From assembly GCA_951406725.2 (NCBI GenBank), contig OX597827.1:50406001-50470000 (forward strand): a DNA stretch of 64,000 nt, given 5' to 3'. How positions within the stretch are numbered: position 1 is the first letter of the stretch; each line of letters opens with the position of its first letter. This DNA comes from Octopus vulgaris (lineage: Eukaryota). The position numbers and the translations under genes were made by a program. This document shows, piece by piece, positions 27,279 to 41,307 of this stretch. Under the pieces are notes generated by a model, which had not been told where the DNA came from, did no database searches, and was given only the letters and a program-made list of their open reading frames with translations.

Positions 27279-28654
27279 GGCACTGAGGGAAGAATTCTTG
27301 ATGCACAATACCACATTGTTAACGCTCGGGGTTGACGCTCGGGGCAGGTTTCCCAGATCGCTTATCATCATCCAGGGACGTTCTTCCGCTTTTGAAACGC
27401 CCATGCCACTCGAAATATTGCGTAGACCCGTTGCCTCTACGCCGTAAGCTTGCCGAAGTATACTCAATGTCTCTGTAGCAGACGTCCTAAATTTAAAGCA
27501 AAATTTCATGTTGGCTCTTTCTTCCTCTCCATGATAAGGTCGCAGACTACTGCATGCATGTAATGAGAAAACACAAATTTCACAACTTGCGAAGTAAACA
27601 CTGCGATGCCATTCGGCTCACTGTCTCATGAAGGTCACTGCTAGCTTTCATTGCGCACGCAGTCGTGTGCTGCCATTTATTGGCACGCTACTGGAATATT
27701 TTGAATATTTTGACATCACCTCGTAGCTTAGTTTTTAACACACGCTCACTTAATTACAGACTTCAGAGAAGAAATGAAAATTATGTATATTACTGTTGAT
27801 TTAACGTTATTAAATCATTGTCAAAAATACTTCGTTTTCAACTTGCCATTTGCAATTTCATAGCATTCAAGCCATGGTGCAACTAAATATACTTTGACCG
27901 CGTACTCTTTATTATAAGCTTACAACACAGTTCATGTTATACAGCAAAGGTGTGTTTCGACTCGAAATTCCAATTAAAGTTATTTTTTGAGTAGTGCCAT
28001 TGATTGCAAAAGTTATCAAAGTAAGTAAGCTTGTGAGGTTAGATGGTAACATCACAATAGTTACCCTATCAGATCTTAGACAATCCTGTATTCCTTGCCC
28101 TCAGTTCCATATTGTCTCCACTTACCTGTTACTTCTACTAAGCCTCTTACAGTATGAGCATCTTATTAACCTCCTCCTTTCCCCAACCAAATACTTATCA
28201 ATATTGATTCTGCACACCCACCTATTAACATGCAAACGTATTTTTATCTAGAACACAAATTTCTTTTTCATTACTATCGTTATTGTCGTTGCTATATCTT
28301 CTTATCAGATTAAATAGAAAAATTATAGCAACATGGAAATTTTATAATAAATTTCATAAAAAATTTAATATTCTAGCCAATTTTAAACTTCCGTATCTGC
28401 TAATGAAAAAACACATGGTTTAGTATTGCCTCATTAATTTCACTGCTGCGTACTTTAAACTAAATTTGCATAAAATACATGTATATTTTTCATTTAAATT
28501 TTATTGTTTTCGTGTAAAAATATAATTATACAAATGAAGAATCGTTAACATCAGCAACTGTATTGTATCTTTAATGAATATTTCACTTCTTGATCAAAAA
28601 TAATTTTCATTTTGAATATCTTGGCAACGGCACTATATATTTATAAATATATTA

Positions 28655-30293
28655 CACTGGAGAAGATTATGCTCTCAAAAAGTTTCTATCGCATCAAGTC
28701 TTTGTTAAACAGGAATTCATTTTTTACAAAAAGATGTCAGCTTTGCCATTAAATGCAATACTGAAATAAGAAATCAACACAAACTAAATAATACTTTTTA
28801 TTGTTTAGATACTACATTTCACAAAATGTATAATTACACAACTTCTATCAAACTGGAATTTCAGCTACTCAAAGAGTAAACTTTCTCTTTGCTGCTTTGC
28901 GTGAATAACTTGCTGCAACGCAGTTTCTTTGCAGATACCAGCAGTAGTCAGCCATCATGTTTATGTTCCACCTGCTTTGATACCTAGTCCCCATGGTCAC
29001 GAAGTCTTGGTGAAATCTTTCTCACTGTTTATCACTTATCGCACTATTTTCTGAGAAGTAGTCGAGATGACTGTGCAGGAAATGCACTTTTACACTAATG
29101 TTGCAGCTCAGTGCTCGAAAACTGGGTAACAAGTTCTTCATAATTTGATGATTTCCTGTTTTCAAGAAAATCAGACACAGCTGCAGCAACAGTATTGTTT
29201 ATTTCTTTTTCAACGCCAGGCATGATCTCCAAAATATTCTCGTCCTGCAATAGCCATCTAATCACACCAATGGCTCGTCAAACAAACCAACCTCAATTTT
29301 CTAACAAGATAAAGCTGGAAACTTTCTGCTTAAGTATTTGAAACATTCAGTCTCAACGCTTCAACACATGTTTTACACTCTATATGGGTGTCCTGGATTT
29401 ATCTTGACCACAGTTTCAAACCAAAATAAGTAAGGTGAGCTTTCTTCACAAAATATGGGATTTTGTTTCGCAGCCTAGGTAAAAATGTAAAATACACAAA
29501 TATAGGAGCAGACATCGGAGCTGTTTTTGCATTTTCTTCTCTCACAAATGGCCGCATTTCTAAAATATAAAACATATATTCAAGCATTTTCAAAATTGTC
29601 AACGGTTATAAAGTAAGCAAATGTAGATTTGTGATTGCAAAGAGCATATATGCTTTGAAGTTCTTTCTATAGTTTTTTGACAATGCTTGATAAAGAGTGA
29701 CGTTGACTCATGTTACCTCACAATTAAAACGTTAAGGGCGCATGCAAAATACCAATTTTCATAAGAAATAGTTAAAGATTCAGCAAAACATGTCTCATCT
29801 GATTTGCAATGATAGTCGTACTAAATTAAGCATAACGTGGGCATATCTACAGATATGGGACATGCATGATGTCAAAACCACAGAAATAACAAAACCAATT
29901 ATTTATTACCATATAATTGTATAAAGAAGATTTCTGTCATCATTATGACATTTAAAATTGGTCAGATAGAAACTAGTGAAAGTTACTCAAGTTTGATGCT
30001 TTATATTTACTGACTTTTGTTTTCCCTTTTGTAGTTACATATACTTTAAATGAAATTGAAAAACTATGTTTTCAAAGATATGTCAAGCACCATACATGGG
30101 GGTCTGTATTTGATTTAACAAAATCTGTCCTAAGAAACGGTGACAATATTGGGAAATTTGTAAAATGGACATTTGAGTTTGGAAAAATCTTGACGTGACA
30201 GAACAAAATGGATTTCATTTTTGAAATGAATACCTCCAAATTACTAGGAAACATGACTCCAACATCAAACATCAAAACCCTTGTTCCCCGGTG
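28655..30293 (-). mobile_element. Chapaev3-type (CMC) DNA transposon, internally deleted
   Basis: SVKVHFLHSHLDYFSENSAISDKQ*ERFHQDFVTMGTRYQSRWNINMMADYCW; ends cactgg... / ...ccggtg with TTA on both sides (28652-28654, 30294-30296). Confidence 0.85.
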
Positions 30294-30691
30294 TTATATA
30301 TTGTTATGCTCCCTTTTATAATGCAGTTAATATCCTGCTTGGATTACTCCAAGCTAGTTATTCGGAAGTGATTTAATAGTGATTTAGTGAAGCACGGCTT
30401 TCTGGGAAACAAAGAATTGTGTATAAAACAATGTATAGAATGTATTGTCTGAAATACTTTGAAGGAACGGCGCGTACAACGAGAACATTTTGGTAATAGA
30501 GATTTAAGCGTGGATTGGCAAAATATTCGAGCGTCGAACGAAATGACTTGTAGAATTTATTTCCGACACTTTACGTCGTTAGCGCGAATCCCGCTGAGGT
30601 CAGCTTTGTGTTTCATCCTTCTGGGATCGATAAAATAATATATATATATGAAGTATGAAAACGAGAAGAAGGGGGACGAGGAGGAGGACCA

Positions 30692-30936
30692 GGAAGAAGA
30701 AGAAGAAGAAGAAGAAGAAGAAGAAGAAGAAGAAGAAGAAGAAGAAGAAGAACAACAACAACAACAACAACAACAACAAGCTATTCAATGAAAGCGTCTC
30801 TATTTTGTCATTCTACGCGCTAGATATAGCAGCCATATTTCCAAAAATGCATAACGTAGTCCGAGACTGCACCTGGCTGGGATACCTTTTATCGTAGGTC
30901 TGGTTGATTGGAATTGTCTCGTGTCTAAAGAACAAC
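30692..30936 (+). mobile_element. (GAA)n(CAA)n followed by a family H element
   Basis: Inverted copy of 26933-27278. Confidence 0.85.
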
Positions 30937-32989
30937 ACGAGCGTACACCTAGAAAATTTTCTTGTAAATGTTTTGAATAGAATTTTTTATTGTCATGTTT
31001 TTTTATTCGTGTTTTCCAACTTCGATTCCTTCTAATCACAAGTTACACAAACTTATATCATTCTCTACTGACAGTCGGCTTTGGAATTTAAAAAAAAATA
31101 AATTTTTTATTTTTGGGGTTGCATAAAAGATGATTGATGAGGAAAAGAAATACATTGTTTAACTTATGCTATAACAGTTACAAGCAGGATATTATCCTTT
31201 CCCTTCCTCTTTCGCCCTCTCAATCACCCTCTCTCCTCCCTCTCCCTTTCTATATCTGTCTTTCTCATCTGGTAATTCACATTGTTGTCTTTCATCTACT
31301 TCTGTTTATTTCTATCAGGCCATTACATTATCAAATATATGTACTGTAGTCGTGTAGTCATCACACCATGTAGCTATGAAGCCATCCAATATCCACTTAA
31401 GAGTTTCAGCTGTTAAAATATTTTCCCAGTGGCTTCATTACACGTATTGATATTAAGAAACACAACTGATGACAATCTCGTTTGACTACTTCAGTTGCAT
31501 CTGCCTCCTTATTAACGTTTACATTCCATATTAACCGTCCTGTGGGCCTTTATTCTCAACATAATAAATTGTTCGGTCGAACCGTCTACAATTTTGTTTA
31601 TTATTTACAAATGTTTACTCACTCAGTCAGATAAACGTACAATCGCACGTCATTCGGCCTGCTAGATATCGCAGAAAATCTCCAGATTTTTTTTTTTTTA
31701 TACCTAGGGAGACATTGCATAATGTAGATCGGGGCACACAATGCTTAGAAACAGAATACCAGATGATCAACCTTGCACTGTCTTTGATAATACGACTGCT
31801 GAATCATAAGCTGTTTGGAGCTGAACAGAAATTGTCGCCACACACTGACACATAAACCCAATATTACACAGCTGCTTAGACACACATACATATACATTAT
31901 CAATCACAGACGGACCCATTTCGGCATACTAAGTTACATTTTATTTATTTATTCATTTATTTATCATTTTTTTGTTTACACACAAAATAAGATAGATAAT
32001 GTTTCTCACTATTACTTGCTCTAATTCTCACATGTGCAAGTGAGGTAGAGGAGGCTAATGATTTCTTTAAACTTTTTCATATTTGCTGCAGGCTAGATTT
32101 TAATGAATTAAAAAAAAAATCGAATTTCGACAATCTAATAGAAATGCTTTCTGCTACTATCAATTTTTCCTCTTTGCTAATGAAATATTGCATTAAATAT
32201 GCGAGAATAATTCTGAATACGATTAATATTATATCTCACTCTATATCGATTTTTGTTTTACCTTGTCAGTAAAAAAAACATGTTTTTATTATTAATATTT
32301 ATAATTTTCTAAAAATAAAGCAAAATCCCTAAAGAGCACATGATATAAGCAACTGACAATGAGAAAAAATGCGGAAACATTAAATTATAAGATCAAATGC
32401 TTAGAAGATAGTATTGCTGCATATCTGTTAATATTAGTCGATGAATTGAAACCTATCCAACATTGATATAAATTATCTAAAACAATAGCCAACATTGCTC
32501 CAATTATGTTTTAAAGCTGCAATATACAAGAGAAAAACAGTTGGATTACTCCAGTTGTTCCATTCCTATTCAGAATCGATATCAATAATGTCAGCAGCAT
32601 CGCTGAAATACTTAGAAGCTAACAGCACAATAACAAATATATATTTTCAGTGGGCGATGGATAAGCTACCGGACATACAAATCCAGTTTTCTGGGAACAG
32701 AAATGTGAAGCTGTGAATCATGTGTTCATACCATGAAGGTTAATAGCTTTATTCAGGAACTGAATGCCGAATAAGAGCTACTACTTACTACATGGTTTTC
32801 GTCAATAATGAATCAAAAATCGATTAAGCTATTCAGTGTATAGGTTTTATTTGTTTTACGAACGGTGGAATAAAAGCCTAAATTGAGTTCAATAAAATTT
32901 GAACCTTTCCTATTGAAATTGATTCCGTATTTTGTATATCATATATGTGCATATATGTATGTATGCGTGTGTGTCTGTGTGTCTGTGCT

Positions 32990-33047
<58 letters not shown>

Positions 33048-33472
33048 TGCAAGTGTGTGTGTGTGCGCGCGTGGTTGTTAAGTCATTTTTCTCTCAGTAT
33101 TGCTGCTAAAAACTATAATTCAATCACCATGACGAACTACACAAAAACATGTACAAAATTATACTGCAATGGTCAAACATTTCTCATTGCATTGTCCATA
33201 GTTTATTTTTAATTCATTTCAATTGGTTTCGTGTAAGATCCTATGCATCTTTACAAGAATGATCATCATATTTCCTCCTCTTTACAGGTGTAATTTTAAT
33301 TAATTAAAAGAGCTTGGCTCACTTTTCTGATGAATCTAGAAATCTGATGATTTATATCTATTTTGAGAATCAGTCGAAATCTAAATATCGTAATAAAACC
33401 ACAGTAGAAAACTGTAGAAATAAGGAATTTCCTCAACGGGAATTCAGAGAGAAACCGTAACCACATTGAAAC

Positions 33473-33521
<49 letters not shown>

Positions 33522-33522
<1 letters not shown>

Positions 33523-33725
33523 GTTACTACAAACACGGACAAAGAGAAAACACAACAACGCGAGGACGCGGAACAAGTATAGTGTTATTGGACACACAGG
33601 AAAGGAAAGAAAGAAGGAGGATTTTACGTTTCGAACGGAACTCGTCGTCAGAATCATAGAAAAAGGAAAGGTCCAAGGAAGGGGAGACGGAGAAAGAAAA
33701 TCGCTAACGATACACACGCTGTCAC
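33522..33725 (-). mobile_element. Penelope-like pseudo-LTR with degenerate minimal hammerhead (33620-33656)
   Basis: Minus strand CTGACGA-c-gagt-tcc-gttc-GAAAC-GTA; homologous to 17383-17545; abuts (TA)n. Confidence 0.78.
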
Positions 33726-34104
33726 ATAGCCTTAGATATACAAGGATTTGATAAACTAGTCTACAAATTAAAACTGACCTCCATAAAAACAAAAACATCA
33801 GTGACAGGCAGAGTGTGTAACAATGTATATCTTCTTGATAACTTAGTAACTTCTATGCTGAAGGGAAGATAGCTTTTCTTTGTCTATCTCCTTAACTTCT
33901 TGAAGATTTTAGGTATAATTATACTATTGTGTCCATCTGTTCTAAATTAATTAAATTCTATGTCTTTGTGCAGCTGAGCATTGCTCTGCATTTTAAATTG
34001 ATGTAATGATTGCATTGTTCAATTAATTGGAGTTGCATGAAACGATCGTACTGCATTACCTCTGGATATCCTTGTTGCTGATTTTGATTTATATATACAT
34101 ATAC

Positions 34105-34152
<48 letters not shown>

Positions 34153-34559
34153 GCAGGATAATCTGCTGGCAAATCCACTCCTCATTATGATAATAGAAAA
34201 TCTATCGTGAGGTCAGATAACTTCCAGCCGCTCTCTTGTTAAACGTAGCAACTTCAGTCCGCATTCAGGACTAACGATCATAGTTGAAGGACACCTGTTG
34301 TTTCCATTGCAACCAGCTGAAAAAGGTAATTGTCAGTTAAGTTGTATTTATTAGTCTTCTCGTCTTCTACAATTTTAGACATCAATGATGTTATTATCGA
34401 TAACAACAATGATTTGTCAAACGTATCAGCCATAATATTGTCCCATACCAGGTTTTTGGTTATTTTTCCAAGTCTCCCACTGTTATTTTGACAAAACCAA
34501 GTGTTTTAAGGAAACTGGGGACGCTAATTTTTAACGGAGCTTGCTGATGATATTGAACT

Positions 34560-35150
34560 CAGCATGGTGTGGAAATTGTAATATTTAGAAACGACAAGCC
34601 AATGTAAAATACCAATGTAAAAATACTGGTATTTTACATTGACATTTGGTTGACTTACACATTGTGCTTCTAAATCTAAAGAAAATGCGATTCTCAAATC
34701 AATGGAAACTGTGTTTCCCAAATCAATCTCGCACAGGATACTACCCAAAACTGACTTTTGTGTAGGGCAAAGCTTATAATCCCGTTTGAGAAAAATAGGT
34801 TGCAAGCAAACAACCACAATATGACAGGTTTGCATCGAACAGTAACCACTCAAACAAGAATTTGCTGCATGTATCCTTCTTGTGGCGTTGCTCCTGATGA
34901 AGGGATGGTGGCAGGATAAGCCGACTTCAACTAATCAAGCACTTTCTCCAAGTTACGAAATATTAGAACATCGACTACAGGAAAAAGGGGATAAACCACG
35001 GCATAAAATGAATCACGAGTGGAATATAAGGAGCAAAGAGACAAAACTCTTACGGAACGTAAACGTAACTCACCGAAATCCAGTGAAAGAATGGTCTGTA
35101 ACCCAGCGATACCAGATAAATCGATAATCGTTGGAAATAGTGAACACCAG
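34560..35150 (-). mobile_element. Possible degraded Penelope C-terminal (GIY-YIG region) fragment
   Basis: SILCEIDLGNTVSIDLRIAF..PNVNVK loosely resembles PLE C-termini; no catalytic motif clearly readable. Confidence 0.3.
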
Positions 35151-37197
35151 ATATTTTAGATTCGCAATTTGCAACAGCCCTGCTGTGATGGAAGGAAAGT
35201 CACAACAATTTGGGTAGTGGTAGATAATGGTCAAATCTGATCATTTACCTCTAACCCTTTGACATTAATTGCTTACCTGATCAACAACTGTAGCGCTTTT
35301 ATTCGTAATTAAAAACCTTTATGTTACTGTTGCCATTGGAAACCACAAATACCAGAAGTATATGTGACACTACGAATATTTACGTTCAATTCTCTCTTTT
35401 TCTAGCATTCGCCCAAACTTTATAAATAAATGTATGTATCTGAAGATATAAGCCTACATGCGAGTATATGTATATCTGTATGTATATGTTTGCTGTGTGT
35501 AGTTTCAATGTATATTTGTCATGATACAAATAAATCAATATAAATATGTTCCAACAAACAAAGAATTATAATTTGTTTGTTTCGCTTGGATTTATGATTC
35601 ACGTTTTATTTTTACATTATATTTAGTCTGCACCATAGTTAAAATCATAGATATAAAACGTGCATCAGACTATTGACTAATAAAGGCGTAATAAGAGAAC
35701 AAGGAATTTTTACCTTAGAGATTTGTATATACATATCAAGTGTAATGCAGACGATATTCTATATCCAGAGATATTATTCTTGGCATACATGTTGATTTCT
35801 TACAATATGCCACTAAACGTTCTTGAAGTGAAGTATCTTACAGTTTCGATACATCTGAAACATATTTTGAGCTAATCCGTATATACCATGACAACATAAT
35901 GTATTATACGCCCAGTGGTCTTTGATATTTACAAAGTTTGCCCTTACCTTAAGCTTTTGTCTTATTTAAAGAAAACAATTGTTTGCATGAATTAAAATGT
36001 GGGAAGAAGAAATTCAAAGAGACACAGCTGGAGGAATTTAATTTACAACAGCAGAATATATATGAAAAGAAAATCAGCTTTCAATAGTTGGAGGTATGGA
36101 AAAAGGAAATAAATATGGTGCGGGCTTGAATGTTTTAATTCATCAACAACTCTGAAGTTACTGGAATCATCTTTGCGGAAATAACAGCTGCTGATTTATA
36201 GATCTGAGTATTGAATTCATTAAGTATAAAGTTTACATTTAGAACTAGAGAAAATATTAATAGCAAAGAAATGACGCCATCAAAATTCTCATATTTATCC
36301 TAAAGTCGATAAACGGAACTATTGCCAAGAAAGAAATGGAAAAGTGATAAAAACTCCGAAATAGTTAAAATATCAACTAAATTTCTAAATGATGTTGCCT
36401 CATGTGCTATTAAAAATTTAGCTATCTAATTAGTCAATTAATACTAATCTGTTCTCATAGAAATTATATTTGATATGAGTCAACCCAATATATAAAATAT
36501 GGGACTAAGACTTAGTCATAATATAAAGCATACTATCAGAAATATTTGAAAGACACAATCAAAGAGAAGACAAAAAAATGCTAGGTGATGAAGTACGCCC
36601 CACTCCAAATAAAATAGGAAGATAATCTTGATGATAAAAGGTTCTCTTGTTAAAGCAAAAAATGTTTTCCCTGGTGGCAAGAGAACAGCTATGGATATTT
36701 GTGTCTGTCAATGTAGATGTCATCAACTCAGTAGTTATCATTCCTTGATTCATGCAAACAGGCGTCGTTTTGAATAAATTAGTGCACTTGGTGCGATCTC
36801 GCTGTGTGGTTATAGTAGGAGCATCCTCTACTGTAGCTTTGGGTTTACTTTTAGCATGTTAGTAGAATTTCATTTATAGAAACCATGTTGATGTTTTGCC
36901 ATCTGTCTCTCTCCATCTCTCTCTTCCTCCATCTCTGTGTGTTTGTGTACACACACACACAAACATCCACACACACTTGCATGTATATATGTATATATAT
37001 ATATATATGTGTGTATAAGTATAAATATGTGTGTATGTATGTATGTATGTATGTATGCATGTATGTATGTATGTATGTATGTATGTATGTATGTATGTAT
37101 GTATGTATGTATGTATGTATGCATGCATGCATGCATGCATGTATGTATGTATGTATGTATGTATGTATGTATGTATGTATGTACGTATGTATGTATA

Positions 37198-37358
37198 GGC
37201 GCAGGCATGGCTGTGTCGTAAGAAGCTTGCTTCCCAACCACATGGTTCCAGGCTCAGTTCCACTTCGTGGGACCTTCTGCAAGTGTCTTCTACTATAGCC
37301 TCGGACGACCGAGCTCTTGTGAGTTGATTTGGTAGACGGAAATAGAAAGAAGCCCGTC

Positions 37359-37360
<2 letters not shown>
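37198..37360 (+). mobile_element. 5' half of SINE C
   Basis: Matches 12510-12675; ends in the internal (TA)n. Confidence 0.88.
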
Positions 37361-37423
<63 letters not shown>

Positions 37424-37572
37424 GTTGTATTTAAGAATGGTCATTTTGCCAGTTTAGCCAATAAATTGTTTTTTCAGTCACTATTTTTATATAACAGGAG
37501 CTAGAGATCTTGTGAGCAGTTGGCAATGGACACACGATTTCACATAAAAAATCTTGCACAACAAATATATAA

Positions 37573-37663
<91 letters not shown>

Positions 37664-37823
37664 TGTGTGTGTGTGTGAGTGTGTAATGTATATACATGTA
37701 ATTATGTATATGTATGTAACTTTATAAACTGGTGTTATTTTTCACTTTGTCTCGGACTATACCTCGTATGTTTAAGGGTTCGACAAAGTGAAAGTACCAA
37801 TTGAAATAAGTGATTGAGGTATT

Positions 37824-37904
<81 letters not shown>

Positions 37905-38479
37905 GTGCGTGTGTGTGTGCCTGTGTGTGTGTGTTGTGTGTGTGTGTAATATGGACGCACTGTGTTTTAAAGCTCAAAATTACATAGCGTAGTGGTAAGG
38001 TGGAGTTCACCGGCTTTACGGCACCCACTACCAACCGCATGCTAAAACAAGATCTGTCAATATTGATATAGAAAAATTGATTTTAAAAGTCACTGTCTTT
38101 ACCATTAGCCACCCAGCTGCATAAAGAAAAAAACATTACGCAACGGAAGCAGTATTGCATTAGAATGGCAATCTATGTATCATACGGAGAGCAGATATGT
38201 CACGAGAAGCCAATTAACTGCAGTATTTATCCGGGTATAAGATTCTACGTGGACGCTCTGTGTTAAAAATATGCAAAAATACATGAGTAATGGGTTGGGG
38301 TCATTCAACAGCAGCGATGAGGATGCTAGATGTACAATTCTGCTTCGTTTGACGACCAGTTGTAAAATCATTGTTTTTTCAGTCACTCTTTTTATATAAG
38401 AGGAGGAGATCTTGTCATAGTAAGCGGTTGACAATGGACACATGCTACTGACCAAGCCCAACGAGGCAAAAATGCATAT

Positions 38480-39190
38480 CTAGCATACTCAACGCTGCTA
38501 CTGGACGATTTTCGTCCGTTACTGATATCTTTTTATGTTTTCAAACAGTGCATTCATATAGAATTTATCTGTAAAAAGTAAAACCGAGTGACCATATTCC
38601 TAACAGTAAGATACTAACAAAATGAGACACGTCTGGTATTGAAGCTATCCTCTTCAAAAAACAGCTTAGATGGCCAGGTCATCTCTTGCGTATGAGTGAT
38701 ATCAGAATTCCGAAGCAACGTCTCTTTAACCTATTTCTAACATGATGATCAGTAAGAAGGCCGTTCTTGCGCTTCAAAGACGAACTAAAAGACAATCTGG
38801 AGTGATGCAACACTGGGAAAACAAAGCGTCAGTCCTGCTTGTCCTTAGTTCAAAGATTTGAGCAAAGTCGATTCCAACATCAGGACTAACTTCGTGTAAG
38901 CATGAAGGCATGCTAGGAAAATGCTGTTCCTCTAAATGGAAACCTTACCTGTCATTGTGGTTCTGTAGTAAGAAGCAAAGCAAGCCTTGCCGTTCACTCA
39001 GAAAACACATAGTAAATGATCCATCAGCCCTCAAGCAAACTGAGTCCTGATAGGGGCTCGTTCCCTGCTGGCAATATATATTTTCAGGGTGCAGTGCTGC
39101 ACCGATAACCAGCTGGCGGAAGATCTGCCTGGGGTAAAACAAGTAGTAACATGGAACAGCCTCATTGATGTGGTGGTTAACTTTAGTTAT
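38480..39190 (+). mobile_element. RTE-clade LINE 3' remnant plus probable 3' UTR
   Basis: SGIEAILFKKQLRWPGHLLRMSDIRIPKQ, LRFKDELKDNL; 39090-39185 recurs at 40575-40675. Confidence 0.8.
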
Positions 39191-39420
39191 TAATATTATT
39201 CTCATCCTTTATTGAGATTTTACAACTAGTTATTTTGGCTGTTGCAAATCAGTGACCGATGGTCGCTTTGTTTACAGTATATTGCTAACTGGTACAGACT
39301 CTGGCCATCTCGCTTGCGACCAGGTGTTCGCGACTGAAGATAAGCAAACTAGGTCGAAACTGAATCGGTCTCGCGTTTCTGTCGTCTGCTGGAGGATGGT
39401 AGGGGTAGGCTCCCTTGTTG

Positions 39421-39456
<36 letters not shown>

Positions 39457-39457
<1 letters not shown>

Positions 39458-40297
39458 TAGCAGCTAAGCCCGGTTTCACCCGGTCTGTTTGGATGATGTG
39501 CCTGTGATCGTTTTCGGTTAGGCTTAATCTATAACAGTGTTTCTCAACCTTATCATTTCGGGTTCCCTGTTTCGATTGGAACCTCCAGCTATATGAAAAT
39601 TCCCTGATTCTCCCCCACACTTGCCAGAAAACAGCTTCAGGAGTTGTGAAGAACGAATTTGTACGTAGTCTGTTTCTGAGAGCTATTCTATTGGATCTCT
39701 GTCTAATCATTAAAACATTGATTTAATTATGAACATAGAAAGAAATTATACATTAATCCCTATTTTTGTAAGCAGTTGTATCCGTCAAAATTGTATTTGC
39801 AGAGAGCAGAAATTGAAAGAAATACATGAAATGGGGGCGCGCGTGCATACGTGCGTGTGTGCTTGCGAGTGTGTATGTGAGAAAGAGGGGGATAAAGAGA
39901 GATAGAGTGAGTGAGTGAGTGAAGGTGTGTGTCGTGATGATTGACGTCTTTTAAGATAAACCCCACAAAGGGGTGAAAGAAGAGAAGTGGCATAACGAAC
40001 ATTTTGGCTGACTGTCATCCTGTATCCCCTTTGTTGCGAGCGAAATGGTATATGCCTGCTGTGTGAGCAACTGGTTGTTTCAATGGCGGAACAAACAGGG
40101 GAATTCTATTAGAAAATTTTTAATCGATTTTCTCTGTAAGTATGGGGGCTAGGAAAAAAAATACTAACCGCATTCCGATGTATGCACCCGTCTCCACATG
40201 TGTGCTATTTTTCACGCGAATCCTCCCAGCTGTTTGACTGTGAACCTCAAGACAAGAAAGAATACAACGATCGCCCATGTCCAATTTATATTATAGA
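39457..40297 (-). mobile_element. Non-autonomous Helitron
   Basis: Minus strand begins TCTATAATATAA and ends with hairpin ccgggtgaaaccggg then gctgCTAG|T. Confidence 0.75.
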
Positions 40298-40312
40298 ATA
40301 TATATATATATA

Positions 40313-40518
40313 TTGATAGATCGTTAGCTCCTACACGCATTTTTTTCTCTCCTTGTTTCTCTCCTTGTTTTTTTCTGCATATCTTTCTATCGAAGAGCGT
40401 AGGCTCGAAACGTAAAAGACTTGTTCTATTTCTGTTCCTGAGCGCCATACTAATACATTTGTTTGTTTGTACTCCACCTGCCTTCGTCTTTTATTTATTT
40501 TCGTAAAACTTCCCGTTA
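40313..40518 (+). mobile_element. Penelope-like pseudo-LTR with core-mutated hammerhead (40382-40419)
   Basis: tcttt-CTATCGA-a-gagc-gtag-gctc-GAAAC-GTA-aaaga; (TA)n on both sides. Confidence 0.72.
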
Positions 40519-40672
40519 TATATATATATATGCATATATATATACATATACATATGCATATATATATGATCCAGGTGCTCTGCTGCACCGATAACCAGCT
40601 GGCAGAAGATCCGCCTGGAGTAAAACTAGCAGTAACGTGGAATAGCCACATTGATGTGGCGATTAACTTTAC

Positions 40673-40738
<66 letters not shown>

Positions 40739-40746
40739 ATATATAT

Positions 40747-40800
<54 letters not shown>

Positions 40801-40804
40801 TATA

Positions 40805-41125
40805 TGGCTCAGTGGTTAGAGTGTCGCGCTTACGATCGTGAGGATGTGTGTTCGAATCCCGGACCGGGCTGCATGTTGTGATCTTGAGCAAACACTTTAT
40901 TTCACGTTTCTCCAGTTCACTCAGCTGTAGAAATGAGTTACGACGTCACTAGTGCCAAGCTGTATCTTCTGTTGCCTTTCCCTTGGATAACACTGATGGC
41001 GTGGATAGGGGAGGCCGGTATGCATGGGCGACTGCTGGTCTTCCATAAACAATCTTGCCCGGACTTGTGCCTGGGAGGGTAACTTTTTAGGTGCAATTCC
41101 ACGATCAGTCATGACCGAAGGTGTC
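40805..41125 (+). mobile_element. SINE E (tRNA head, CORE-like block)
   Basis: A box tggctcagtggttag, B box gttcgaatcc, then ttgagcaaacactttatttcac..ccagttcactcagctgta; inserted in (TA)n. Confidence 0.85.
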
Positions 41126-41199
41126 TATATATATAAATATATATATGTGTGTGTGTGTGTGTGTTTATATATATATGTATGTGTACATAAGGCTTGATT

Positions 41200-41307
<108 letters not shown>

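Larger units (their letters stand above)
26597..27723 (-). mobile_element. Internally deleted mariner with both ends, interrupted by a family H element and (CTT)n
   Basis: MKFCFKFRTSATETLSILRQAYG, GIVHQEFFPQ, VLKRLGEVIWRERPD, WILHDDN, WDQCIAAQGNYFEGD; TIR ...catcacctcg followed by TA. Confidence 0.88.

Noticed and set aside
26653-27509. 217-aa poly-K and 154-aa poly-R ORFs
   Set aside because: (GAA)n read-through joining mariner and family H pieces
34895-34960. CTGATGA matches (also near 17674, 25583, 47416 as CTGACGA, and 52949)
   Set aside because: No stem II/GAAA/stem I arrangement, so not hammerheads
36559-36856. About 100-codon open frame on the minus strand
   Set aside because: No recognisable domain or convincing splice sites
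40805-40870. tRNA-like sequence (also at 8204 and 62086)
   Set aside because: Runs into SINE bodies and lacks a proper acceptor stem; SINE heads, not tRNA genes
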